A stretch of DNA of 64,000 bases from contig JBMNLI010000010.1 in assembly GCA_050952645.1 (NCBI GenBank), forward strand, positions 96,001-160,000, written 5' to 3'. The position numbers and the translations under genes are program-made. Position 1 is the stretch's first letter; every line of letters starts with the position of its first letter. Shown one piece after another: positions 19,795 to 28,037 of the stretch. The notes below the pieces were generated by a model. That model was not told the DNA's origin. It saw only the letters and a list, made by a program, of their open reading frames with translations, and made no database searches. The stretch is from Bdellovibrionota bacterium. Its GTDB lineage: Bacteria; Bdellovibrionota_C; UBA2361; CAKMMH01.

Positions 19795-20832
19795 TTAAAG
19801 AAGATTATACTCCTTAATTTTATTTATTATCATACTTGGAGTAATATTTTTCATACAATTATTATGCTTTAAAGGGCATGTCCTTTTATAACAAGGGATA
19901 CAAGGCAAATCTACTTGGATTGCTAGACGCTCCATTTTATAAGGAACCACTCTATTTATAATCGTAGGTCCAAATAAACTTATATAAGGCACGTGAACCG
20001 AGGCGAAGATGTGTCCCGCTCCAGAATCTGGACCTATGCCTAATTTTAAATTTTTAAAAATAGCGATTAAGTCTTCAAGATTAGTCTTGCCACATAAATC
20101 TATTATGCATGAAGCATCATTTAAATTTTCCGTTATAAAGTTTGATATGTCTTTTTGCCCTTTAGTTCCGATAAGCACAAAATTTAAATCTTTATTTATT
20201 TTAAGTAGCTCTTTTATTAAACCTACGTAATTTTGTCTATCCCAATCTTTAGTTTGCCACTGCGAAGCTAATACTAGACCTATGCAAGTTTTCCCATTTA
20301 ACGCTTCTTTAAATTCTTCTTTTAATTTTGCTCCATTAGTAAAAGCAAAATTTATATCTTCTTTTTCATCATCTATATCGATATCTAAAAATTTTAAGAA
20401 AGCTAAATATTGCTTAATTTTAGGAGTATTTTTTGAATAGTATGGAATAAAGTTATTGTTAAATAAAAAATTAAACTCTTTAGAATCTTTTTTACTAAAA
20501 CCTACTCTTATCGGTGCTTTAGAAAATATAGAAAAGATTCCACTTTTTAAAATTCTTTGCATATCAAAAGCGATATCAAATTTTTTAGTTTTTAAAATTT
20601 TTATCGTATCTAAGAAACCTTTTAGCTTATCTTTTCTTTTAAAAATAATTACATCATCTATATTTTTATCTAAATAAACGATATCTTTTAGTGAATTTTC
20701 TACTAGCCATGAGATTTTTGCATTAGGATATTTTTGCTTTATATAACCTGTGATGCAAAGCCCTCTAGTTAAATCGCCTAAAGCGCCAGTTAATATAACC
20801 AAAAGTGAAAAATCATTCTTTTTTACAATCAT
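19795..20832 (-). CDS. glycosyltransferase family 9 (LPS heptosyltransferase-like)
   Basis: GALGD, DLCGKTNL, GPDSGAGH, SLFGPT, C-terminal CxPC..C..C. Confidence 0.9.
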   Translation of the reverse strand: MIVKKNDFSLLVILTGALGDLTRGLCITGYIKQKYPNAKISWLVENSLKDIVYLDKNIDDVIIFKRKDKLKGFLDTIKILKTKKFDIAFDMQRILKSGIFSIFSKAPIRVGFSKKDSKEFNFLFNNNFIPYYSKNTPKIKQYLAFLKFLDIDIDDEKEDINFAFTNGAKLKEEFKEALNGKTCIGLVLASQWQTKDWDRQNYVGLIKELLKINKDLNFVLIGTKGQKDISNFITENLNDASCIIDLCGKTNLEDLIAIFKNLKLGIGPDSGAGHIFASVHVPYISLFGPTIINRVVPYKMERLAIQVDLPCIPCYKRTCPLKHNNCMKNITPSMIINKIKEYNLL

Positions 20833-20884
20833 ACTTTCCTACCATTTAAAGATTAACATTAAAAAATTTATATTTAAAACTTTC

Positions 20885-20991
20885 GTTCTTCTCGTTTTAA
20901 GGTGGGTTTTAGACCTCAAAATTAGTATCACTCCCCCACGAAGCCCCCAAAAAAAAATAATTTTCACAACCTTACTTAAAACGTGAAGCAC
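20885..20991. mobile_element. MITE-like element, 107 bp, perfect 10-bp flanking duplication
   Basis: GTTCTTCTCGTTTTAAG..CTTAAAACGTGAAGCAC; TAAAACTTTC at 20875-20884 and 20992-21001. Confidence 0.85.
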
Positions 20992-21005
20992 TAAAACTTT
21001 CTATT

Positions 21006-21728
21006 TTAAAAATCATCCTTTGAATTAAAACTATCTCTTAAGTTTGCACAAAAATATTCAGATAATAAATCTGAAAGGTTATGTTTTATTACGGCTCTTC
21101 GCCAACGTAAAATATACCTATCTCTAAGCTCATTAAAGCTTCCTTTAAAAAAACGTGCCTTATCAAAATCTATAATATAAAGCTTCTCGTCGCCATCTAC
21201 TATAACATTGCCTGGGTGTAAATCGATATGGAAAATTTTATTTTTTATTAAAATTTTAATTTGTCTAGCGAGTTCTTTAATATATTTTTCAATTTTAACT
21301 TGGTCATCACTTCCTAAAAGGCAAAGGTCGAAAGTGTTAGGGATCTCTTCCGTGGCAAGCCAATTTCTATAAATAAAGCCTCCCTTTATCGCATAAGCGA
21401 TAGGCTTTAACGTATTTACACCTTTTCTCCTTACTAGCTCGAGAAACTCGAACTCTCTTTTAGCTCTACTTGCTGTAAATGTTGAAAGGTAGTAATGCCG
21501 ATTAATAAAATGGAGCGCACCACCACGCTTGTAATGTTTAACTACCACTTTTCTAGTTCCTATATCGCCTTTTACTACGCTACTTTCTTGATGGGTAGCA
21601 GATCTTGTGCCGTGAATTTTTATTTTAAAAAGCTCGTAAAGTTTTAAAAGCTCTTCATCGGAAAGCATTTGCTTAGAATATATCTTTATTTTATCGACTT
21701 TTTGTTTACAAAAAGAGCCATCATGCAT
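21006..21728 (-). CDS. Kdo kinase / LPS kinase family protein (KdkA-like)
   Basis: VVKHYKRGG, RAKREF, FHIDLHPGN, IIDFDKA; next to the GT9 gene. Confidence 0.82.
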   Translation of the reverse strand: MHDGSFCKQKVDKIKIYSKQMLSDEELLKLYELFKIKIHGTRSATHQESSVVKGDIGTRKVVVKHYKRGGALHFINRHYYLSTFTASRAKREFEFLELVRRKGVNTLKPIAYAIKGGFIYRNWLATEEIPNTFDLCLLGSDDQVKIEKYIKELARQIKILIKNKIFHIDLHPGNVIVDGDEKLYIIDFDKARFFKGSFNELRDRYILRWRRAVIKHNLSDLLSEYFCANLRDSFNSKDDF

Positions 21729-22033
21729 AATTTAAAAACACTTAAAATATTTAATCAAAACAACAAAAAATTTATCACACGTAAATTAAAAGAACAAGAT
21801 AGAAGAAAAATTACTTAAATATTTGCGATATTGTAATACTTTTAAAAAAATCTCTAGTATATATATTTGAAAGACTGTAAATTATAATGTAGATTATAAA
21901 GAATTGTAAAAAGAAGTATGACTTTTAAATTTTTATAGAACCATACTCATTTTTTTGCATTAGCTTTTTAATCTAAGTAAAAAAAACAAGTAATAATTTA
22001 AAAAGTAAATTATCGATAAATTAGTAGTTAATT

Positions 22034-22747
22034 ATGGCATTTACAAAAATAAATTGCTTTACATATAATAGTCCGTTTGCTTCTAAGCTTAGCAGTAAAA
22101 CTATCTTAAACCCTACGAAAAAGCCAGGAGATTTCGTAATGGTGCTTTCTACTCCTGCGACGAACTCGCTAGGCGCTAAAGTAGCGACTAGATTAGCTTT
22201 AGAAAATTTTGTTAAAGGCGTTTTAAATTTTTGTGATACTATTACGGATTTTGATAGCCTTTCTTTAAGTCATGATATCGTTTCTGATGGATTTAAAAAT
22301 GCTAATAGAAGTGTGTATGATTTCGGGCATAAGCTTTCGGCAGGGGGGAGGATGAAAGCTTGTCTAACTTCTTTAGCCGTAGCAAATGGAGTTATTTCAG
22401 TAGCAAAAGTTGGGAATGGAAATGCTTATTTATATAGAGATAAAAAAATTTATTCTTTCTTTGAAGAAAAAAGCAAAGATGGAGATAATGTAGGTGAAAA
22501 TTCTAGAGTAGTAGTAGAATTTTCAGATATCAATTTAGAGAAAAACGATAAAGTTTTACTTTTTTCTAGAAAGCTTACTAACATGGAGTTTGATACGTGT
22601 CAAAGATTTATAAATAAAATTGATTATTTTAATCAAGCAATTTTAGAAAAAATGATTTCAAAAATTAAACAAAGAGGTGGCATTATCGATGATATTATGG
22701 TAGCAGAATTTAGCGGAGATTCTATTTTACTAGAAAATGTTGTTTAG
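22034..22747 (+). CDS. PP2C/PPM phosphatase-like protein lacking the metal-binding Asp residues
   Basis: KVATRLALE, GFKNANRSVY, AKVGNGNAYLYRD and DKVLLFS mirror PP2C motifs. Confidence 0.7.
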   Translation: MAFTKINCFTYNSPFASKLSSKTILNPTKKPGDFVMVLSTPATNSLGAKVATRLALENFVKGVLNFCDTITDFDSLSLSHDIVSDGFKNANRSVYDFGHKLSAGGRMKACLTSLAVANGVISVAKVGNGNAYLYRDKKIYSFFEEKSKDGDNVGENSRVVVEFSDINLEKNDKVLLFSRKLTNMEFDTCQRFINKIDYFNQAILEKMISKIKQRGGIIDDIMVAEFSGDSILLENVV

Positions 22748-22782
22748 TTATAATAATTAAAATATACACTTAAAACTCTTAT

Positions 22783-22856
22783 GCGTCCTTAGCTCAGTTG
22801 GATAGAGCATTTGGCTTCGAACCAAACGGTCGGGGGTTCGAATCCCTCAGGACGCA
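22783..22856 (+). tRNA. tRNA-Arg (TCG)
   Basis: Acceptor stem GCGTCCT/AGGACGC, anticodon arm TTTGG-CTTCGAA-CCAAA, TTCGAAT T-loop; CCA not encoded. Confidence 0.95.
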
Positions 22857-23107
22857 TTATCTTTTTTTATCAATTTTTATTAGTTCCTTTTTTTACTCCT
22901 TAATTTATTTATAATCTATTTATTTCTTATCTAAAAACTAGACCTATAAAGCCTAAACTGTTCTTTTCTTTTACGTATACTATGTTTTTTAAGGGATCGA
23001 AACTTAAGCTTTGAGACTAGTATTTGTCGTTTCTTAAAGAACACGTATTTACGTCCGCTATTTAAATAATTTATATGAGTATTTCTTAATTTTTCTAAAA
23101 ATTATTT

Positions 23108-23186
23108 GGTTCTTTGACGTTTTAGGTGGGTTAGAAAAATTGTTTTTTAGGGTTAACTTAAAAGAAAATTAGAGCTAGTGAAGAAC
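23108..23186. mobile_element. MITE-like element (left arm of a putative composite element)
   Basis: GGTTCTTTGACGTTTTAGGTGGG..GTGAAGAAC; internal TTAAAAGAAAATTAGAGCTAG matches the reverse complement of the 98-bp unit. Confidence 0.75.
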
Positions 23187-23384
23187 AAAAAAAATTTTGA
23201 CTATAGAAATATGAAAATTATATAATGCACATTACGTTTGTTAAAAAGTTATAGAAAAGGAAGAATAAAGAATAAAAGAAAGGAAAGAGAGCTAAAAAGC
23301 ATAAAAATATACGCATTTAGAATTTAGCTAATTTCCAACTAACCCGAAACCTTAGTAAAAATAGAAAGGATAGGGATATAGTAA

Positions 23385-23796
23385 ATGTTAAAAATCACTA
23401 TTTCCTTAAACCCGATTGCGGTTTTTTTCCTTTTAGCTACACCATTTCTCGCAGCTTTTGCAAGTTTGGGCTACGCCTTACTGAGCAAAAATTTGCCTTC
23501 ACAAAAGCGCTGGCATAAATTCGCATCGGCTTTTGCAATGTTTTGTTGTTACTTTGAGGTAATAACTACTTTTGTAGCTATCAGCGTCTTACATTATACA
23601 GGCGCTTAAAGACTACTTTTGCTCTTGGTATTTAGTCTGCATTTGCACTATTTGGGCAATCATTGGGGCTAAAAGTTTGTTCTTTTTGGCTTTAGCTCCA
23701 ATCTTGAAAAATCTTAGCGATAGAAATGAGATTAAAACCCTTGTAGAGATAGTCGAAGAACAATTAGAAACTAAAGGTGCCAAAAATCAACGCTGA
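23385..23796 (+). pseudogene. small membrane protein, apparently frameshifted near 23580-23609
   Basis: 74-aa hydrophobic ORF (23385-23609) continues in the +1 frame as IIQALKDYFCSWYLVCICTIWAIIGAKSLFFLALAPILK..KNQR, stop at 23796. Confidence 0.5.
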
Positions 23797-23978
23797 AAAA
23801 ACTTTAAGGGGGCTAACGCAAACGGAAGCACCAAAGGCAAAGAAGGAAGCCAAAGCCTAACGCCTAACGTCCGTTTTATTCTTTGCTTTTTAATGCTCTT
23901 TGATTTTTTTTAAAAGGATTTTTAGAGCAAACGATATAAAAGGGTTTTAGACAAAAGTCTGAATCCCCTTTTTTTTTA

Positions 23979-24084
23979 TTCTTCACGCTTTAAGATGGCT
24001 TTAAATCCTCAAAAATTAGTATCTCTTCACGCACACAGCCCAAAGAAAACAATTTTTCTAACCCACCTAAAACGTCAAAGAACC
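23979..24084. mobile_element. MITE-like element (right arm of a putative composite element)
   Basis: TTCTTCACGCTTTAAG..CCCACCTAAAACGTCAAAGAACC; 24046-24084 is the exact reverse complement of 23108-23146. Confidence 0.78.
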
Positions 24085-24100
24085 TAATTTTTTATATTTT

Positions 24101-24718
24101 CTAAACGTATTTTAAGGCAAGTTTTACTAACTCCGCAGTGTCTTTTATATTTCGTCCTTCATTAGAAGATTTTGCTGATTTAATAGCCTCGGCTGCAACA
24201 CTATTTAAAAATCCTAGCCCCCTTAATGCTAAAATAGCTTCTTTCTCGGCTACATTTTCGACATCACTTAAAGTCACACTCTCTCCACTTTCCACAGTTC
24301 CTACAAACTCACCAGCATATTTTGCTACTTTATCTTTAAGCTCTAATAAAATTCTCTCGCAAGTTTTCTTACCTATTCCTTTAATCTTAGAAAGTCTAGC
24401 CAAATCGCTAGTTCCTATAAGTCTTAAAAGTTCAACTTTGTCAATTTGAGAAATTATATCAGATGCAACCTTTACACCAATGCCTTTTACCTCAAGAAGC
24501 AACTTAAAAACTTGCTTCTCTAATTTATCCTCAAAGCCATAAAGCTTTATGCTATCTTCCTTTACATCTGTATAAATTACTACGGTCGTTTCCTGCCCAA
24601 TTTTAAGAGAAGCCTTGCATTTATAAGAACAAAAAATCTCATAATATACCCCTGAAACATCGAGCAAAATAGATTTACTTTCTATATCCGACACGATACC
24701 CTTTAAAGCCCCTATCAT
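24101..24718 (-). CDS. ruvA: Holliday junction branch migration protein RuvA
   Basis: MIGALKG, VKEDSIKLYGF, VKGIGVK, IKGIGKKTCERILLELKDK, ALRGLGF. Confidence 0.96.
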   Translation of the reverse strand: MIGALKGIVSDIESKSILLDVSGVYYEIFCSYKCKASLKIGQETTVVIYTDVKEDSIKLYGFEDKLEKQVFKLLLEVKGIGVKVASDIISQIDKVELLRLIGTSDLARLSKIKGIGKKTCERILLELKDKVAKYAGEFVGTVESGESVTLSDVENVAEKEAILALRGLGFLNSVAAEAIKSAKSSNEGRNIKDTAELVKLALKYV

Positions 24719-24750
24719 TTTTTTTATTTCCTTTTTATTTTAAAATATAT

Positions 24751-25479
24751 TTATATATCATCATCCGTATCAAAATTAGTTACTACTTGCTGAACATCGT
24801 CTAAGTCCTCTAAAGCTTCTAAGCATTTAATAACCGATTGCGCATCATCTCCAGAAACATTAACTGTAGTTAAAGGAACTTTTTGAATCTCACCAGAACA
24901 ATCTATATTATTCTTATTTAAAATTTCTAAAACTTCTAAAAAACTACTAGGACTCGTGTAAATTTCCCATACATCATCTTCATTAGATATATCATCTACC
25001 CGAGCTTCTAAAACAAGCTCATAAAGCTCTTCTTCACTCGCTACTTCTTTTAAAACTCTTATCACCCCCTTATCTTCAAAAAGATAAGAAACCGAACCTG
25101 AGCTTCCAAGCGACCCACCGTGCTTATTTAATGCATGCCTTACCTCAGCAACGGTTCTATTTTTATTATCAGTTAATGTCATAATTAAACATGCAACTCC
25201 ACTCGGAGCATACCCCTCGTAAGTAATTTCTTCATAATTTTCCGTATCAGTAGCGCCAGATGCTTTTTTAATAGCAGCATCTATTTTATCGATAGGAACA
25301 CTACTCATTTTAGCATTCTGCACGGCAACTTTTAAACGAGCATTTCCATCTATATTAGCTCCACCACTTTTTACAGCTACCGTAATTTCTCGTAGCATCT
25401 TTGTTAGCATTTTTCCTCTTTTAGCATCTACTACTGCTTTTTTTCTTTTTATCGTTGACCACTTTGAATGTCCAGACAT
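24751..25479 (-). CDS. yebC: YebC/PmpR family protein
   Basis: MSGHSKWSTIKRKK, YEGYAP, TDNKNRT, LEDLDDVQ. Confidence 0.96.
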   Translation of the reverse strand: MSGHSKWSTIKRKKAVVDAKRGKMLTKMLREITVAVKSGGANIDGNARLKVAVQNAKMSSVPIDKIDAAIKKASGATDTENYEEITYEGYAPSGVACLIMTLTDNKNRTVAEVRHALNKHGGSLGSSGSVSYLFEDKGVIRVLKEVASEEELYELVLEARVDDISNEDDVWEIYTSPSSFLEVLEILNKNNIDCSGEIQKVPLTTVNVSGDDAQSVIKCLEALEDLDDVQQVVTNFDTDDDI

Positions 25480-25534
25480 TTTAAAATTTCCTTATATAAA
25501 AAATAGATAAAATCTAGTATTATGAATTTTAAGT

Positions 25535-27994
25535 ATGCAAAAAAATACCAGAAAAGAAAACACCGCTAGTTTTAACAAAACTTCAATAATTTCTATTATT
25601 ATCTTAATAATCTTAGCTATAATAGCATATTTGTTTTATTCTTTAAACCAGTATGTAAGGCAAACTTTTGAAGAAAAAAGTAAGGCTAATACTAAAATCC
25701 TTACAGATATTATAAGAATTAAACTAGATGCTCGTCTTAATAAAGAGATAATCTTAAATTTTTTACAAAAATTAAATTACGTAAATGTAAAACAAGCGTC
25801 TTTAAAAGAGGGAGAGTATTTTATAGAAACCGTAGCACATAAAAACGGCATTCTTAATGATAACCCTTATAATATTTATATCTATAGGCGAAGTATAAAA
25901 AGTAGCAAATACAACTTTCCTAAAACTCTTTATAAATTAGATTTTAAAAATAATATTATTACTTGCTATAAAGACACGCCATGCAAAGAGTTTATTTTAG
26001 AACCACTAGCTTTAGCATCAAATAAAAACTTAAAAGACAAATTAAAATATAATAAACTTAGCGAGTTTAATAAAACCCTAATAGACACTTTAATATTAAT
26101 CGAAGATAAAAGATTTTATAAACATTTTGGACTCGATATAAAAAGCATTATAAGGGCACTTTACGTTAATACTATCAACTGGAAAACTAAGCAAGGCGCT
26201 AGCACATTAACTCAGCAACTAGTAAAAAATATGTTTTTAAGTAAAGATAGAAAGCTTTTACGAAAAATAAAGGAAGCTTTTTTAAGTATCTATATTGAAT
26301 GCCTATATTCAAAAAATGAAATTTTAGAAAAATATTTAAACTCGGTATATCTAGGACAAGATGGCAACGCCGCCATAAAAGGGTTTTATGAAGCATCGAA
26401 ATTTTATTTTAACAAAAATATAAATGAACTCGACATATCTCAAATAGCTCTTCTTGTAGGTATGATAAAAGCCCCGAGTGCGTATTCTCCTATTTTAAAT
26501 TATAAATCTTCTATAAAAAGGCGGAATGTAGTTTTAAGAAAACTTTTAGATGAAAAATATATCGATACTAAAACTTTTTTAGTAGCTTCTAGGCAAGATA
26601 TTAAGTTAAACATAAGAAGAGAAAAAGAAACTATCGACAATTATTTTTACGATGCTTTAATTTCTAATGTTCCTAATAAACATTTTAAAAACTCTTCTTA
26701 TATCACCACCGGGCTTAATCCCCTATTTCAGCTTTGTGCAAAGGAGGCTATAAACGATGGGCTAGAAAATATAAAAGCAAAGAGTAAGCAAACGAAAAGT
26801 AATTTAAACGATATTCAAGCTTCTTTAGTAAGCATCGACAGCAAGACTGGGCTTATAGTTTCTTATATTGGAGGAGCCGATTACAACAAAAGCGAGTTTG
26901 ATAGAGTAAGACAAGGCAAAAGGCAAATAGGTTCTCTTATAAAGCCTTTTATTTATTTAACTGCTCTAGACCCTAATTTAAATGATTACAAGCAAGCTAC
27001 CCCACTTTCCATATTAGAAGATAGACCTTTAGTGCTTTTAGATGCTAACAAAAGAAAGTGGAGGCCTACAAATTACGACAAAAGATATAGAGGTTATACT
27101 ACATTGCGTGAAGCACTAGAAAACTCTTTAAACATTCCTACTATAAATTTAAGTTTGAAAGTAGGACTAAAAAACGTAGCATCAGTTTTAAAAAAGGTTA
27201 ATATAAAAAATGTAAATGATAAAAATTTAGCATTATCGTTAGGGGCTATAGATTTATCGCTTCTTGAAATCACATCATCTTATACGACATTTTCAAACGA
27301 TGGGCATTTTATATCACCTAGGTTTTATAGTGAAATTTATGATAATAAAAATAATATAATAAATCGCTCAAATATTGATGAGAAAAATGTAGCAAGCCTA
27401 GAGGCTACATTTATTTTAAATAAAATATTACAAGGAGTTCTTAAAACTGGCACTGGAAGAAGCTCTAGGAGATTTGAGATAAGCCCTAATTTTGCAGGCA
27501 AAACTGGCACTTCCGATAGCCAAAGAGATAATTGGTTTATAGGGTATAATCCAAGGCACGTTACTGGCGTTTGGGTTGGGCGTGATAATAATAAAAAGAT
27601 GCCATTTACAGGAGCTATGACTGCACTTCCTATCTGGGCAAGCTACATTAACTGTGTTTCAAATTATATTGAAGATGAGCCATTTAAAAAACCTAAAAAC
27701 GTAGAAGAGGTGCTTATAAATAAATTAACGCTAGACGAATGTAAACTAGACGAATGTAAACTAGACGAATGTAAAAAAGAAGAGGCTAATAAAGAAAACA
27801 AAACTAAAGAGGATATAATTTTAGAAAAAGAAAAAGATATATTTGAAACTCCAAAAATTAAAAATAAGACAAACGAAAACTGCTATAAAGAATATTTTAT
27901 AAAAGACACACGCACAAAATCGATAAAAGAAGAAACTATAAATATAAAAAAGATATCAAAAAAGAGAAGATTTTTTGATATTATGGGGAATTAA
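25535..27994 (+). CDS. mrcB: class A penicillin-binding protein (PBP1B-like)
   Basis: TM anchor, EDKRFYKHFG, QGASTLTQQLVKN, SxxK (SLIK), SLN, KTGT. Confidence 0.9.
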   Translation: MQKNTRKENTASFNKTSIISIIILIILAIIAYLFYSLNQYVRQTFEEKSKANTKILTDIIRIKLDARLNKEIILNFLQKLNYVNVKQASLKEGEYFIETVAHKNGILNDNPYNIYIYRRSIKSSKYNFPKTLYKLDFKNNIITCYKDTPCKEFILEPLALASNKNLKDKLKYNKLSEFNKTLIDTLILIEDKRFYKHFGLDIKSIIRALYVNTINWKTKQGASTLTQQLVKNMFLSKDRKLLRKIKEAFLSIYIECLYSKNEILEKYLNSVYLGQDGNAAIKGFYEASKFYFNKNINELDISQIALLVGMIKAPSAYSPILNYKSSIKRRNVVLRKLLDEKYIDTKTFLVASRQDIKLNIRREKETIDNYFYDALISNVPNKHFKNSSYITTGLNPLFQLCAKEAINDGLENIKAKSKQTKSNLNDIQASLVSIDSKTGLIVSYIGGADYNKSEFDRVRQGKRQIGSLIKPFIYLTALDPNLNDYKQATPLSILEDRPLVLLDANKRKWRPTNYDKRYRGYTTLREALENSLNIPTINLSLKVGLKNVASVLKKVNIKNVNDKNLALSLGAIDLSLLEITSSYTTFSNDGHFISPRFYSEIYDNKNNIINRSNIDEKNVASLEATFILNKILQGVLKTGTGRSSRRFEISPNFAGKTGTSDSQRDNWFIGYNPRHVTGVWVGRDNNKKMPFTGAMTALPIWASYINCVSNYIEDEPFKKPKNVEEVLINKLTLDECKLDECKLDECKKEEANKENKTKEDIILEKEKDIFETPKIKNKTNENCYKEYFIKDTRTKSIKEETINIKKISKKRRFFDIMGN

Positions 27995-28037
27995 TATCAC
28001 AAAGATATAAATAAATTACTATTTCATTCTTTTATAT

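Noticed and set aside
22856..24084. tRNA-anchored integrative island or prophage at tRNA-Arg
   Set aside because: No integrase and no duplicated tRNA 3' end were found
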